Assembly (NCBI GenBank): GCA_965203465.1
Contig: CBDBCR010000001.1
Coordinates: 962,306-1,026,305, forward strand
Direction: 5' to 3'
DNA length: 64,000 nt
DNA from: Nitrosopumilaceae archaeon
GTDB taxonomy: Archaea > Thermoproteota > Nitrososphaeria > Nitrososphaerales > Nitrosopumilaceae
Shown piece by piece: positions 51,001 to 60,071 of the stretch (the stretch's first letter is position 1; every line of letters begins with the position of its first letter). The notes below the pieces were generated by a model. That model was given only the letters and a program-made list of their open reading frames with translations. It made no database searches and was not told the origin of the DNA. Both the position numbers and the translations under genes were made by a program.

Positions 51001-54000
51001 TATCAACGAATCCGTGGGAACAGAAACTACGGGCGCCGTCCACCTGCTGTTCATGAACGCAGACGGCACCGTAAAGCGCACCGTCGAGATAAACGGCTCC
51101 ACGGCCAACGGCCCGCAGCTTACGGAATACGACAATTTCGGCTCCTCCCTAGCCGCCGTCGATCTTGACGGGGACGGGACGCCGGATCTGGCAGTCGGCG
51201 CAACCGACGACGATGCGGGAGGGACAAACAAGGGCGCCGTCCACCTGCTGTTCATGAATTCGGACGGCACCGTAAAGAACACCGTCGAGATAAACGGCTC
51301 CACGGCCAACGGCCCGCAGCTTACGGAATACGACAATTTCGGCTCCTCCCTCGCCGCCGTCGGGGATCTGGACGGGGACGGGACGCCGGAGCTCGCCGCG
51401 GGGGCCATCTTCGACACCAGCGACATTCTTAGCGAAGGCGCCGTACACGTGATGTTCATGAATTCGGACGGCACCGTAAAGAGCACCGCAGAGATCAACT
51501 CCACCAACGGCCCGCAGATAGGGCTGTCCGACCATTTCGGCTCCTCCCTCGCCGCCGTGGGGGATCTGAACCGAGACGGAACGCCGGACTTGGCCGCGGG
51601 GGCGTACTTTACGTACGACGAGATCAGGAACGAGAACATTGGCGCCGTCCACGTGATGCTCCTCTCCTCCACCGGCACGGTGAAACAGAGCACAAAGATC
51701 GACGCATCCACCCCGAACGGGCCGTCGCTGGCAAACGGTGACTTGTTCGGCTCCTCCCTCGCCGCCGTGGGGGATCTCGACGGGGACGGCACGGTAGATC
51801 TGGCGACGGGGGCGTCGGGCAACGCCAGAGGCGCCGTCCACGTGATGCTCCTCACCTCCACAGGCACGGTGAAACAGAGCACAACGATCGACGCATCCAC
51901 CCCGAACGGGCCGTCGCTGGCAAACGGCTACTATTTCGGCTCCTCCCTCGCCGCCGTAGGGGATCTGGACGGGGACGGCACGGCAGACTTGGCCGTGGGG
52001 GCAGACGGATCCAACACACAAGGCGAGTCAGTTGCAGGCGCAGTACACTTGCTGCTCCTCACCTCCACCGGCACGGTAAAACAGAGCACGGAGATTGAAG
52101 CCTCGAATATAGGAAGGCAGCCGCCAGTAGCGCGGGGCGATCTATTCGGCTCTTCCCTCGCCGCCGTGGGAGACATCGACCGCGACGGTGTTGTGGACAT
52201 GGCCGTCGGCGCGCCCGGAGACGACGAGGGGGCGATAAACTCAGGCGCAGTACACTTGCTGCTCCTCACCTCCACCGGCACGGTGAAACAGAGCACCAAG
52301 ATCGACGCCTCCACCCCGAACGGGCCGTCTCTGACATACGGCTACTATTTCGGCGCCTCCCTCGCCGCTTTGGGGGATCTGGACGGGGACGGCACGGCCG
52401 ATTTGGCCGCCGGAGCGCCCGGAGACGACAGCGGCAAGGGAGCTGTCCACCTGCTGTTCATGAATTCGGACGGCACCGTAAAGCGCACCGCCACGATAGA
52501 CTCCTCTACCGCCAACGGACCGCAGCTTGCAGCAGGCGACCGCTTCGGCTCCTCCCTCGCCGCCGTGGGGGATCTCGACCGCGACGGAACCGCAGACCTG
52601 GCAGTGGGGGCTACTGGACGCCACGGCGCCGTCCACCTGCTGTTCATGAACGCAGACGGCACCGTAAAGCGCACCGCCAAGATAGAATCTCCGACTGACC
52701 ACGCACCGCAGCTTGTACTTTCCGACCGCTTCGGCTCCTCCCTCGCCGCCGTAGGGGATCTCGACCGCAACGGCACGGCAGACTTGGCCGTCGGCGCTCC
52801 TAGAACAACTACGGGGCAACAATACATGGGCGATGTGGTATCTTACAGTGCGGGCGCCGTCCACCTGCTGTACCTGAATTCGGACGGCACAGTAAAGAGC
52901 ACCGCCCGGATCTCCGACTCGGCTATCACCGGATTGCGGTTGGAACAAAACTACCTGTTCGGCTCCTCTGTGAGCGCCGCGGGTGACCTGGACAGGAACG
53001 GCGTGCCGGATCTCGTGGTGGGCGCGCCGGGCGCAGGTTCCGCGGGTTCGGCGTACGTGGTCCTCTTGAACACCGGCAGGTTGGTCAAAGACACGTATGT
53101 CGTGGACGGGACGGCCTTGCAGGGGATCGGGCTTGGTGCCTCGTTCGGCAGCGCGGTGGCGGGCGTGTGGGATCTGGACGGCAACGGGGCAGCCGAGATC
53201 GCGGTCGGCGCGTCCGGACACAACAGCAGGGGAACCGTCCGCATAATGTCCGAATTCAGGCCCGCGTTCGTCACGGGTGTCGGCTCTCCGAACGCCGACG
53301 GCACGTACGGCCAGGGCAGCCCCATCAACATCGACGTGGAGTTTTCCGAGCCGGTCCACGTGACCGGCGCGCCCGCGCTGCTGCTGGAGACGGGCGTCAC
53401 CGACAGGCGCGCCGCGTACGTCTCGGGATCGGGGACCGGCACGCTGAGATTCCGGTACGTGGTGCAGTACGGCGACTCGTCTCCGGATCTGCGGTACGTC
53501 GGACAGTCGTCCCTTTTGCCGATGGGGGGCGCCATAGGGGCATCCAACAAGACGACGGTGCTCGGCCTTCCCGTGCCGGGAATGCCCCAGTCGCTCTCGT
53601 TTGCAAAGAACCTGCACATAGACGGGATACGGCCCGTGCTGGAAGGCGCGTCGCCGCGCCTGCAGCTCGCCTTGGGGGTGCTGATGCTGGACTTTGACAA
53701 GCCGATCGACGTATCCGCGCTGGACGCGGGCGGCATCACCATCCGCGGCCCGTCTTACTCCACGCAGCTGACAGGGGCCACGATCCAGGGCTCGGACACC
53801 GACAGGCCCGTGCTGCGGCTCACGTCGGCTCAGGCCAGCGCCCTCAGGCAGGCCAGCGGCCCGCTGACCGTCACCATATCGGGCAGCGCGTTTGCGGACA
53901 CTGCCGGCAACTATTTTGCGGGCACGGCCGACGCGCAACTGAACGTGCAGACGACGCTGGTCTCGTCAGTCTCTTCTGCAGACGACGTCGTGTTATCCGA

Positions 54001-55423
54001 CTCTGCGCGCGCCGTCGCGTCGGGTTCTGGGCCGTCGGACTCGCCCGTCATCTCCGACTCTGCGCGCGTCCACGATCAGCGGTTCGCGCAGTCGGACTCG
54101 CCGTCGTTCTCCGACTCTGCCGCACACTTGGGCTCTTTGATGAGCTCTTCCACGGACGCCTCCATGCTCTCCGACTCTGCGCGCGCCTTCAAGTCGGCGT
54201 TTCCGGCGTCCGGCGCGCCGGCCGTGTTCGATTCTGCGCAGTGGGGGAGCGCGCGCAACGCATCCGGCTCGGACTCGCCCGTGCTGGCAGATTCGGCGCT
54301 CGCGCGCCTGTCTTCCGTGGCGGGGTCTGACTCGCCGGCCCTCTCCGACTCTGCGCGGGCCGGCGTGTCTGCGAGGCTGCTGCGCGATTCCCCCGCATTG
54401 AGCGACGGCGCCGCGACCGGCCCGCCGCGCCCGCCCGTCAGCGCCGTCGACGCGCCGTCCGTGTCGGACGGCGCGGCCTACGAGTCGGCCGCCCCGGCTC
54501 CGGCGCCTGCCCCGGCGCCTGCCCCGGCGCCGGGGCCGGCGCCAGCTCCCGCACCGGCTGGCGGCGGCGCCGATCCTGCGAGAGTCTCGGGCGGCGGTCC
54601 GTCGCGGGGATCGGGCGGCGTCGGGATCGGACTCGCCGTCGTACACGCGGTCTCTTACGACCGGTGCTCGGACGAGCCGTACGCATCGGTGACCGCCTCG
54701 CCGTCCGCGGGGATCGCTGTGACGATTGAGCAGGCAGGCGCAGCAGCCGCGGCGCGCCCCACCGGGCAGCGCGCCGACGCGCCGGATTCGGCGGTGTGGC
54801 AGGCTCCCATACTGCCCGACGCGCGCTCCCTGCACGTCAGGGCCGCAAACCAGGCGTCTTCAGACTCCCAGCGCCTGGACATGGATTCGTGCTCGGGCTT
54901 TGTCAGGTTTACGGCGTTTGGCGCGCCGACCGCCGCGCCCGGCGCCCAACAGTCGGGGCGGGATCTTGAACCCCAAGACGCCGCGCCGCCGGACGGGCGC
55001 GCGCCCCCGCTGCACGGCGAACCGGTCTCCGAGCGGCCGACTGCGCTGACCGGGCAGCAGGACGATCGCGCGCCCCCGCCGTACAGCGAACCCGTCTCCG
55101 AGCGGCCGGCAGCCGCGCCGCCGGACGGGCGCGCGCCGTTGCGCGCAGAGCCCGCGCCCGATCTGCCCGCCGTCGCCCAAAACGCGGACACTGCCGCGGG
55201 CGAGGAGCGGGCCGCGCCGGATCTGACGAGCGAGCCGCGCGCCGCAGCGCCCGCGCGGGCAGAGCCGGCCGCCAATAATGTCTGGTACGCGGCGGCCGCT
55301 GCCGCCGCTGCCGGCGCCGCCCTGCTGGCGGCGCTCGTCGCAAAGAGCCGAGCCGGCAGGCTCTGGCGCGGCGGGCCTCGGGACGCGTCCCGTCCGCGCG
55401 CAAGTTTTGGCGATCAACTTTAA
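48077..55423 (+). CDS. Giant surface protein / adhesin with 24 FG-GAP (integrin-alpha-like) repeats
   Basis: Signal peptide, 24 copies of FGSSLAAVGDLDGDG..DLAVGA, Ig-like region, SDS-rich repeats, Pro-Ala linker, C-terminal TM. Confidence 0.9.
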   Translation: MNRGGGGGSNRPDCRGAANPRKLDPLRLALLLLPLLCAPSALDAHADSILVLNQQSYPEVGGPWTVRFVTWGAHDLAVSGAEGTTVGAGGDVSFVGLRDGAGRHVEPAHDGGRLVFAGYEGGGTSELTVRVNTPGPHALLLGFGGDEALARNNAYPRQVTEIAASAGGEPFLKGLDNFGRSVARIGDLDGDGTADLAVGTWGRDPAVHILLLTSTGTTKQATRIDSSTPNGPQLATTDSFGVSLAAVGDLDGDGTPDLAVGANGTDRVRGAVHLLYLNSDGTVKNTVEINDSTANGPQLARNDNFGVSLAAVGDLDGDGNMDLAVGAGGDDGNKGAVHLLLLNSTGTVRQTAEINASTPNGPSLGVNTRFGSSLAAMGDLDGDGVGDMAGTVDGTAISVLFLNSDGTVKRTTGLPVTSVGSPSLAAVGDLDGDGMTELAIGATGDDTGGTNAGAAYLSFLSSDLGIKRTVKIDASTENGPQLEAGDRFSWSLAAVGDLDGDGTADLAVGAVGDDGRSAGTGAVHLLFLNSDGTVKRTAQIDGSHPYDLSLARDDNFGSSLAAVGDLDGDGTADLAVGAAGDDAGGTNAGAVHLMYYSDGTVRQTAKIDGSTANGPQLAANDEFGSSLAALGDLERDGTADLAVGAPGDGGGKGAVHLLLLTSTGTVRQTVTIDDSTANGPQLAANDGFGSSLAAVGDLDRDGNMDLAVGAAGDDGNKGAVHLLYLNSDSTVKNAVEINGSTANGPQLAANDNFGSSLAAVGDLNRDGTPDLAVGAAGDGGNKGAVHLLLLTSTGTVRQTVTIDDSTANGPQLAANDGFGSSLAAVGDLDRDGNMDLAVGSAFDDAAADDAGAVHVMLLTSTGTVKQTSEINASTPNGPRLAAGDRFGSSLAAVGDLDRDGTADLAVGAPFDDAGAPNAGVVHIVRLGATAPSWDGTMSSFAELGGLKLLDDDRFGSSLASVDLDGDGIKDLAVGAINESVGTETTGAVHLLFMNADGTVKRTVEINGSTANGPQLTEYDNFGSSLAAVDLDGDGTPDLAVGATDDDAGGTNKGAVHLLFMNSDGTVKNTVEINGSTANGPQLTEYDNFGSSLAAVGDLDGDGTPELAAGAIFDTSDILSEGAVHVMFMNSDGTVKSTAEINSTNGPQIGLSDHFGSSLAAVGDLNRDGTPDLAAGAYFTYDEIRNENIGAVHVMLLSSTGTVKQSTKIDASTPNGPSLANGDLFGSSLAAVGDLDGDGTVDLATGASGNARGAVHVMLLTSTGTVKQSTTIDASTPNGPSLANGYYFGSSLAAVGDLDGDGTADLAVGADGSNTQGESVAGAVHLLLLTSTGTVKQSTEIEASNIGRQPPVARGDLFGSSLAAVGDIDRDGVVDMAVGAPGDDEGAINSGAVHLLLLTSTGTVKQSTKIDASTPNGPSLTYGYYFGASLAALGDLDGDGTADLAAGAPGDDSGKGAVHLLFMNSDGTVKRTATIDSSTANGPQLAAGDRFGSSLAAVGDLDRDGTADLAVGATGRHGAVHLLFMNADGTVKRTAKIESPTDHAPQLVLSDRFGSSLAAVGDLDRNGTADLAVGAPRTTTGQQYMGDVVSYSAGAVHLLYLNSDGTVKSTARISDSAITGLRLEQNYLFGSSVSAAGDLDRNGVPDLVVGAPGAGSAGSAYVVLLNTGRLVKDTYVVDGTALQGIGLGASFGSAVAGVWDLDGNGAAEIAVGASGHNSRGTVRIMSEFRPAFVTGVGSPNADGTYGQGSPINIDVEFSEPVHVTGAPALLLETGVTDRRAAYVSGSGTGTLRFRYVVQYGDSSPDLRYVGQSSLLPMGGAIGASNKTTVLGLPVPGMPQSLSFAKNLHIDGIRPVLEGASPRLQLALGVLMLDFDKPIDVSALDAGGITIRGPSYSTQLTGATIQGSDTDRPVLRLTSAQASALRQASGPLTVTISGSAFADTAGNYFAGTADAQLNVQTTLVSSVSSADDVVLSDSARAVASGSGPSDSPVISDSARVHDQRFAQSDSPSFSDSAAHLGSLMSSSTDASMLSDSARAFKSAFPASGAPAVFDSAQWGSARNASGSDSPVLADSALARLSSVAGSDSPALSDSARAGVSARLLRDSPALSDGAATGPPRPPVSAVDAPSVSDGAAYESAAPAPAPAPAPAPAPGPAPAPAPAGGGADPARVSGGGPSRGSGGVGIGLAVVHAVSYDRCSDEPYASVTASPSAGIAVTIEQAGAAAAARPTGQRADAPDSAVWQAPILPDARSLHVRAANQASSDSQRLDMDSCSGFVRFTAFGAPTAAPGAQQSGRDLEPQDAAPPDGRAPPLHGEPVSERPTALTGQQDDRAPPPYSEPVSERPAAAPPDGRAPLRAEPAPDLPAVAQNADTAAGEERAAPDLTSEPRAAAPARAEPAANNVWYAAAAAAAAGAALLAALVAKSRAGRLWRGGPRDASRPRASFGDQL
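48086..48099 (+). repeat. G14 homopolymer at codons 4-8 of the FG-GAP gene (in frame)
   Basis: Counted 14 G. ATG AAC CGC (GGG)4 GGT gives MNRGGGGG. Confidence 0.9.
48600..53250 (+). repeat. Tandem coding repeats of about 195-205 bp (24 units)
   Basis: Recurrent TTCGGCTCCTCCCTCGCCGCCGTCGGGGATCTGGAC. Some segments are identical, e.g. about 50030-50191 and 50420-50581. Confidence 0.9.
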
Positions 55424-55450
55424 AGGCCCTCGGCGGCGCGGCCGCGCCGG

Positions 55451-56704
55451 TTGGCGCCGGTAGCGTACGTGCTCTTGGACGGGGTGGGCGATCTTGCGCA
55501 CCCCGACCTCGGGGGCCGCACCCCGCTGGAGGCCGCCTCGACGCCGGCGCTCGATTCCCTCGCGCGCGCCGGCGCGCAGGGGCGCGTGGTCTCGGTCGGC
55601 GAGGGCATCGCCCCCGAATCGGACATCGCCGTGTTCAACATGCTGGGGTACAGCTTTGAAGGGCGCACGTACCCGGGCCGCGGCGTAATAGAGGCGCTCG
55701 GGCTCGGCATGGACTTTGAGGACGGCGACTTGGCGCTGCGCGGCAACCTGGCCACGCTGGCGGCCGACGGCACCATATCGGACAGGCGCGCGGGCAGGCG
55801 CGTGTCCGCCGGCGAGGCCGAGCGGGTGGCCCGCGAGCTGTCCGGGATCGAGCTTTCGGCGCCGGGCGCCTCGGTGCTGGTCGCGCCCGCCGTCGGGCAC
55901 AGGGTGGCGGTGAGGATACGCGCGCCGGGCGGCCTCTCCGGCGGCATAACCAACACGGATCCGGCCTACGCGAGCGTGGGCGGCATGGGCGTGGCCCTCG
56001 AGGGCGCCGGGCCCCTGAGGGTGCTCGAGTCGCGCCCGCAAGGCCCGGACGGCAAGGCGGCCGCGGATCTGGTCAACGAGTTCAGCAGAAAGGCAGTCGA
56101 GACGCTGTCGCGCAGCGGCGTAAACGAGGCGCGCCGCGCGCGCTCCGAGCCCGAGATCGGGTGCGTGCTGCTGCGCGACGCGGGGAACGCAAAGCCGGAC
56201 GTGGAGCCCATACGCAGCCGGCACTCTGCAAGCTTTGCCTCTGTAGTCGACATGCCCGTCGAGGTCGGGATCGCCGGCGTGCTCGGGATGGACGCCCTCG
56301 AGGCGGGCGGGCCGTCCGACTACGGCGCCAAGGCTTCGGCAGCGGCCTCTGCGCTGGAAGACCACGACGCCGTGTACGTCCACCTAAAGGGGCCCGACGA
56401 GTACGGCCACGACGGCGACGCGGGGGGCAAGGCGCGCAGCATCGAGGAGATCGACTCGCGGTTCTTCGCGCCGCTGCTAGAAAAGATCGGAGGGCGCGCG
56501 GCGTTCGTCGTCTCTGCCGACCATTCCACGCCGTGCATCAAAAAGGCGCACACCGACGATCCGGTCCCGCTGCTCGTATCGGGCGGCGGGGCGCCGGCCG
56601 ACGGCACCTCGCGCATGACCGAATCCGAGGCGCTCTCCGGATCGCTCGGGCTGCTTGCCGGCGCCCGGGTGCTCGACGAGGCGATGCGGCTCACTAGACG
56701 CTGA
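55451..56704 (+). CDS. apgM: 2,3-bisphosphoglycerate-independent phosphoglycerate mutase (archaeal)
   Basis: LLDGVGD, TPLEAA, PESD, HLKGPDEYGHDG, ADHSTP, HTDDPVP. Confidence 0.92.
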   Translation: MAPVAYVLLDGVGDLAHPDLGGRTPLEAASTPALDSLARAGAQGRVVSVGEGIAPESDIAVFNMLGYSFEGRTYPGRGVIEALGLGMDFEDGDLALRGNLATLAADGTISDRRAGRRVSAGEAERVARELSGIELSAPGASVLVAPAVGHRVAVRIRAPGGLSGGITNTDPAYASVGGMGVALEGAGPLRVLESRPQGPDGKAAADLVNEFSRKAVETLSRSGVNEARRARSEPEIGCVLLRDAGNAKPDVEPIRSRHSASFASVVDMPVEVGIAGVLGMDALEAGGPSDYGAKASAAASALEDHDAVYVHLKGPDEYGHDGDAGGKARSIEEIDSRFFAPLLEKIGGRAAFVVSADHSTPCIKKAHTDDPVPLLVSGGGAPADGTSRMTESEALSGSLGLLAGARVLDEAMRLTRR

Positions 56705-57245
56705 ACCGCTCCAGCCTGCCCGACGACCTCATAGAATCTATGTTGCCGCGCACCGCGTCTATGTCGATGCCGTGGTACGCGCCGCTCCACCCGCCGATCT
56801 TTTCGCGCGCGCGCGCCAGCATCGCCACGCCGATGGGCGCGTCGTTTTTCTGCGCGTGCGCGAACGAGACTGCCAGCAGTATGAGGCCCTGCACCAGCAG
56901 CTTTTCGCGCCCCTCGCACTGCTTCCAGACGCCCTCCCATGCCTCGTGCGCCTCCCAGTACCTTTCGCTGTTGTAGTAAAAGATCCCCTCCTGCATGCCC
57001 TCGTCCTTGGAGACCTCCTTTTCGTCCACGCAGCGCGCATCGCGCATGGCCCCTATCCCGGACAGGGCAGCCGAGGCGGCCTCCAGGTCGTCGGTAGAGA
57101 CATCCAGCTCGACGAAATCGGAGGCCACGCGGCAGACGCGCACCGACGCGCGCTCCCCGCACAGCCTGCGGGCCCTGTGGACTAGGTGGCGCGAATCCTG
57201 GGGCGCGTACCTAGAGTTTTCCAAGTGGATCATGTACCTGGGCAT
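56694..57245 (-). CDS. DUF309 domain protein
   Basis: YWEAHEAWEGVW, QGLILLA. ATG 57245. Confidence 0.85.
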   Translation of the reverse strand: MPRYMIHLENSRYAPQDSRHLVHRARRLCGERASVRVCRVASDFVELDVSTDDLEAASAALSGIGAMRDARCVDEKEVSKDEGMQEGIFYYNSERYWEAHEAWEGVWKQCEGREKLLVQGLILLAVSFAHAQKNDAPIGVAMLARAREKIGGWSGAYHGIDIDAVRGNIDSMRSSGRLERFSV

Positions 57246-57382
57246 GCGAGCCCGCACCGCGGCCCTTTTCTTAAACCTGCGCTCGGGGTTTTGCCGAAGC
57301 GGAAATGGCGCGCCGCCGGATCTGCCCGGACGCGGGCCGCATTCAATCAAGGTTTATATCCGCTGGCCGGGCCGGCGCGTGC

Positions 57383-57805
57383 GTGTCTGGCGTAGAAGTG
57401 CTTGCGGACGTAGACAACGCCTTCCTCATGCGGCGCGAGCTTACGTGCAGGTTCGCCGGCGCGGGCGACGCGCTCAGAAAGCTCGACGCGGCCCGGCTGG
57501 TCTCTGAAAAACTGGGGCTGGCCGGCAAGACGGTGGTGCCCGTGTCCATGGGCACGCAGGTGGGCATGCCGTCCAGGACGGGGACGTTTTACGTCTACGA
57601 CGACGAAAAGCTGGCGTACAAGCAGGTGGACCCGTCGGTGATGGCCCGCCTGGACAGGGCCAGAAAGGCGGAGGCCGAAAAGGCGCAGGCTCCGGCAAAA
57701 GACGGGGAGCAGCAGGCCCCCGCCGAGGCGAAAGCGGAAGGCGCCCCGGCAGAGGCCGGCTCGGAGGATCAATCCGCGGCAGAGGACGCCGAAAAGGGTG
57801 AGTGA
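57383..57805 (+). CDS. rps24e: 30S ribosomal protein S24e
   Basis: [18 protein letters not shown], upstream of S27ae, TTTATA about 28 nt upstream. Confidence 0.82.
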   Translation: MSGVEVLADVDNAFLMRRELTCRFAGAGDALRKLDAARLVSEKLGLAGKTVVPVSMGTQVGMPSRTGTFYVYDDEKLAYKQVDPSVMARLDRARKAEAEKAQAPAKDGEQQAPAEAKAEGAPAEAGSEDQSAAEDAEKGE

Positions 57806-57974
57806 GTTGGGCAAGAAAGGCCACAGCCCGAAGGTCTACGGGTACTTTGACGTAAAGGACGGCAAGGCCTCGCGCAACCACAACATCTGCTCGCGCTGCG
57901 GCAAGGGCGTCTTTATGGCGCAACACAAGGACAGGCGCTCCTGCGGCAGGTGCGGCCTGACCGAGTTCCTCTAG
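57798..57974 (+). CDS. rps27ae: 30S ribosomal protein S27ae
   Basis: Manual translation: ...[28 protein letters not shown]. Confidence 0.92.
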   Translation: MSELGKKGHSPKVYGYFDVKDGKASRNHNICSRCGKGVFMAQHKDRRSCGRCGLTEFL

Positions 57975-58669
57975 TATATCTGGCGGCGCCGCATCCTCTG
58001 GCTCTTTTGCTCGATCTCTTTTATCCGGCGCGCGGTATTTTCGTCCAGCCTCATCTTCGACATGGCGCCGGCCGGTATCCTCGCTGTGTTGGAGTCCAGG
58101 CTCACCGCGGTGCGCGGCAGGCCGCGGTCCAGCCAAAGCTTTTCCACCTTTTTTTCCAGCCGCGCGTCCCTGAACCCCTCGGGGAACCTCTTTGTGATGT
58201 GGTCCACCAGCGTCCTGTCCGAAAAGACGGCCCTCGGCTCGAGCAGGCGCCCCCTGTCGGCAAACGAGCTCTCGAAGAGGCTGCCGGTGATCTCGTCGGA
58301 GACTATCTCCATGCGCGAGGCCCTGCTGGCAAGCTCCAGGTAGTGGAGGAACTCGTGCGCCAGCACGGCGTGCACCGTGCCCTTCAGCCCGTAGGCCACC
58401 AGCGGCGCCGAGATCTGCACCAGCACCACGACCGAATCCCCGTGCACCACTGGGATCGTGCGCGCGAACAGTATCCCGTACCCGAACTCGGACGGGGCCA
58501 GCATAGCCGACGGCTCCACGTACGCGGGGGGGAACTGGATCCCCGACGCCTTTTCTATGCGATCTATGCCGGCCACGGCCAGCGCGAACCTCCCTTCGAT
58601 CAGGCCGTGCGTCCTTTCCGGGACGTCGCCGCGCTCGTGAGCCTCTCGGGCCTTTGAGAGCGGATCCAT
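57971..58669 (-). CDS. Hypothetical protein with HExxH motif
   Basis: [10 protein letters not shown], host-like codon usage. Confidence 0.78.
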   Translation of the reverse strand: MDPLSKAREAHERGDVPERTHGLIEGRFALAVAGIDRIEKASGIQFPPAYVEPSAMLAPSEFGYGILFARTIPVVHGDSVVVLVQISAPLVAYGLKGTVHAVLAHEFLHYLELASRASRMEIVSDEITGSLFESSFADRGRLLEPRAVFSDRTLVDHITKRFPEGFRDARLEKKVEKLWLDRGLPRTAVSLDSNTARIPAGAMSKMRLDENTARRIKEIEQKSQRMRRRQIY

Positions 58670-58708
58670 GCGGGGCGCCGCGCAGGCGCCCTCGTAAAAT
58701 GTCTTGGG

Positions 58709-58801
58709 CTATCTGCGCGGCTTGCCGGACTTTGACTTTTTGGCGCGCCTGCGCTTTTCTCGCTGATCGGCCCAGCGCTCGTGCTTGCCGCGTTTCCTCA
58801 T
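58709..58801 (-). CDS. 30-aa highly basic small protein
   Basis: MRKRGKHERWADQREKRRRAKKSKSGKPRR, with AATTAA about 27-32 nt upstream of the ATG. Confidence 0.55.
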   Translation of the reverse strand: MRKRGKHERWADQREKRRRAKKSKSGKPRR

Positions 58802-58896
58802 GGGGCGGGGCGCGGGGGCGCGGCTAGTTAATTGTTGCCCCCCTGCCCGCGCCCCGGGGCCGCTGCTTTTTTATCCGGGCATCGGGCGCCGGGCCC

Positions 58897-59001
58897 GTGA
58901 ACAAGAGGTACGTCATAGTCGGGGCGGTGCTCGGGATAATCCTGGCCGCCGCGTTCTTTGCGGGCTCGCCCATGTTCGGCGGCCTGGACGGGTCGCGCTA
59001 G
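58897..59001 (+). CDS. 34-aa single-TM small protein
   Basis: MNKRYVIVGAVLGIILAAAFFAGSPMFGGLDGSR, with TTTTTAT about 25 nt upstream of the GTG. Confidence 0.55.
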   Translation: MNKRYVIVGAVLGIILAAAFFAGSPMFGGLDGSR

Positions 59002-60071
59002 AGCAGGCCGGCCCTGCGCGCCGCGCGCCTGACCGCGTCGGCGCACTCGCCCACCTGGTCTTTGGAGAGCCACGCGGTCACCGATATGCGTATCCGGGCC
59101 CTGCCGCGCGGCACCGTCGGGTGCCTTATCGGCGGCGCGAACACGCCCTGTCTTTCTAGCATGGCCGACATGCGCGCGGCCTCGCGCTCGCCGCCGACCA
59201 CGACCGGTATGATGTGGCTGCTCGAGCCGGCGAGGCCCCCCAGCTCGCGCGCCATGTACCTAGAGTTGTCGGCCAGCCTGGCCTGGTACGGCCCCCTGTC
59301 CGACCCCATGCGCCCGAGCGCGTGGAGTGCGAGCGAGGACGGGAGGGCCGTGGTGTATATGAAGGCCCTCGAAGAATCCACGCAGGTGCGGGCCGCCTCT
59401 GCGCCCATCGCGGCGTACCCGCCGAACGAGCCGAGCGCCTTGCTCAGCGATCCGGTGTGGACCCCGACCCTTTTGGAAACCTTTTGCAGGCTGGCGCTGC
59501 CCCTGCCGCCCCTGCCCACCGCAAAGTCGCCGTGCGCGTCGTCGAGGACCAGCGTGGCGCCGGCCTTTTCGGATTCCTCCGCCAGCTCCGCGAGCGGCGC
59601 CGAATCGCCGTCCATGCTAAAGACCCCCTCGGTGACGACGAATATCCTGCCGCGCGCGCCCCTGGCCGCGCGCGCCGCGGAGCCGGCGTCGTTGTGGGAG
59701 TACACGCGCACGCGCGCCCCCGACAGCCTGCACGCGTCGATGATGCTGGCGTGGTTTAGCTCGTCGCTCAGCACCGTGTCGCCATTGCCGGCCAGCGCGG
59801 CTATGGCGCCGAGGTTGGCCGCGTACCCGGTCGGGAACAGCAGGGCCTTTTGCGAGGAGCGGTGGCGGGCCAGCCTCCTTTCCAGATCAGAGTGCGCCGG
59901 ATCGCTGCCCGAGAGCAGGCGCGAGCTGGACTGCATCTGCGAGTCGGGCACCGGCGTGGGCGGCATGCCGAGGTAGTCGTTTGAGCACAGGTTTATCATG
60001 CGCCTCTTGCCGATCGTGATGTAGGCGCCCTCGACGGTGCCGGGGCGGAGGCGCCGGCGCGCCGGGCTCAT
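58998..60071 (-). CDS. bioF: 8-amino-7-oxononanoate synthase
   Basis: NLCSNDYLG, SDELNHASIID, EGVFSMDGD, DDAH, SLSKALG. ATG 60071. Confidence 0.92.
   Translation of the reverse strand: MSPARRRLRPGTVEGAYITIGKRRMINLCSNDYLGMPPTPVPDSQMQSSSRLLSGSDPAHSDLERRLARHRSSQKALLFPTGYAANLGAIAALAGNGDTVLSDELNHASIIDACRLSGARVRVYSHNDAGSAARAARGARGRIFVVTEGVFSMDGDSAPLAELAEESEKAGATLVLDDAHGDFAVGRGGRGSASLQKVSKRVGVHTGSLSKALGSFGGYAAMGAEAARTCVDSSRAFIYTTALPSSLALHALGRMGSDRGPYQARLADNSRYMARELGGLAGSSSHIIPVVVGGEREAARMSAMLERQGVFAPPIRHPTVPRGRARIRISVTAWLSKDQVGECADAVRRAARRAGLL

Noticed and set aside
48600-53250. Possible CRISPR array or DGR template/variable repeats
   Set aside because: The repeats are in-frame, degenerate protein-coding units of about 200 bp. 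There are no cas genes or reverse transcriptase in the window, and I saw no adenine-specific mismatch pattern.
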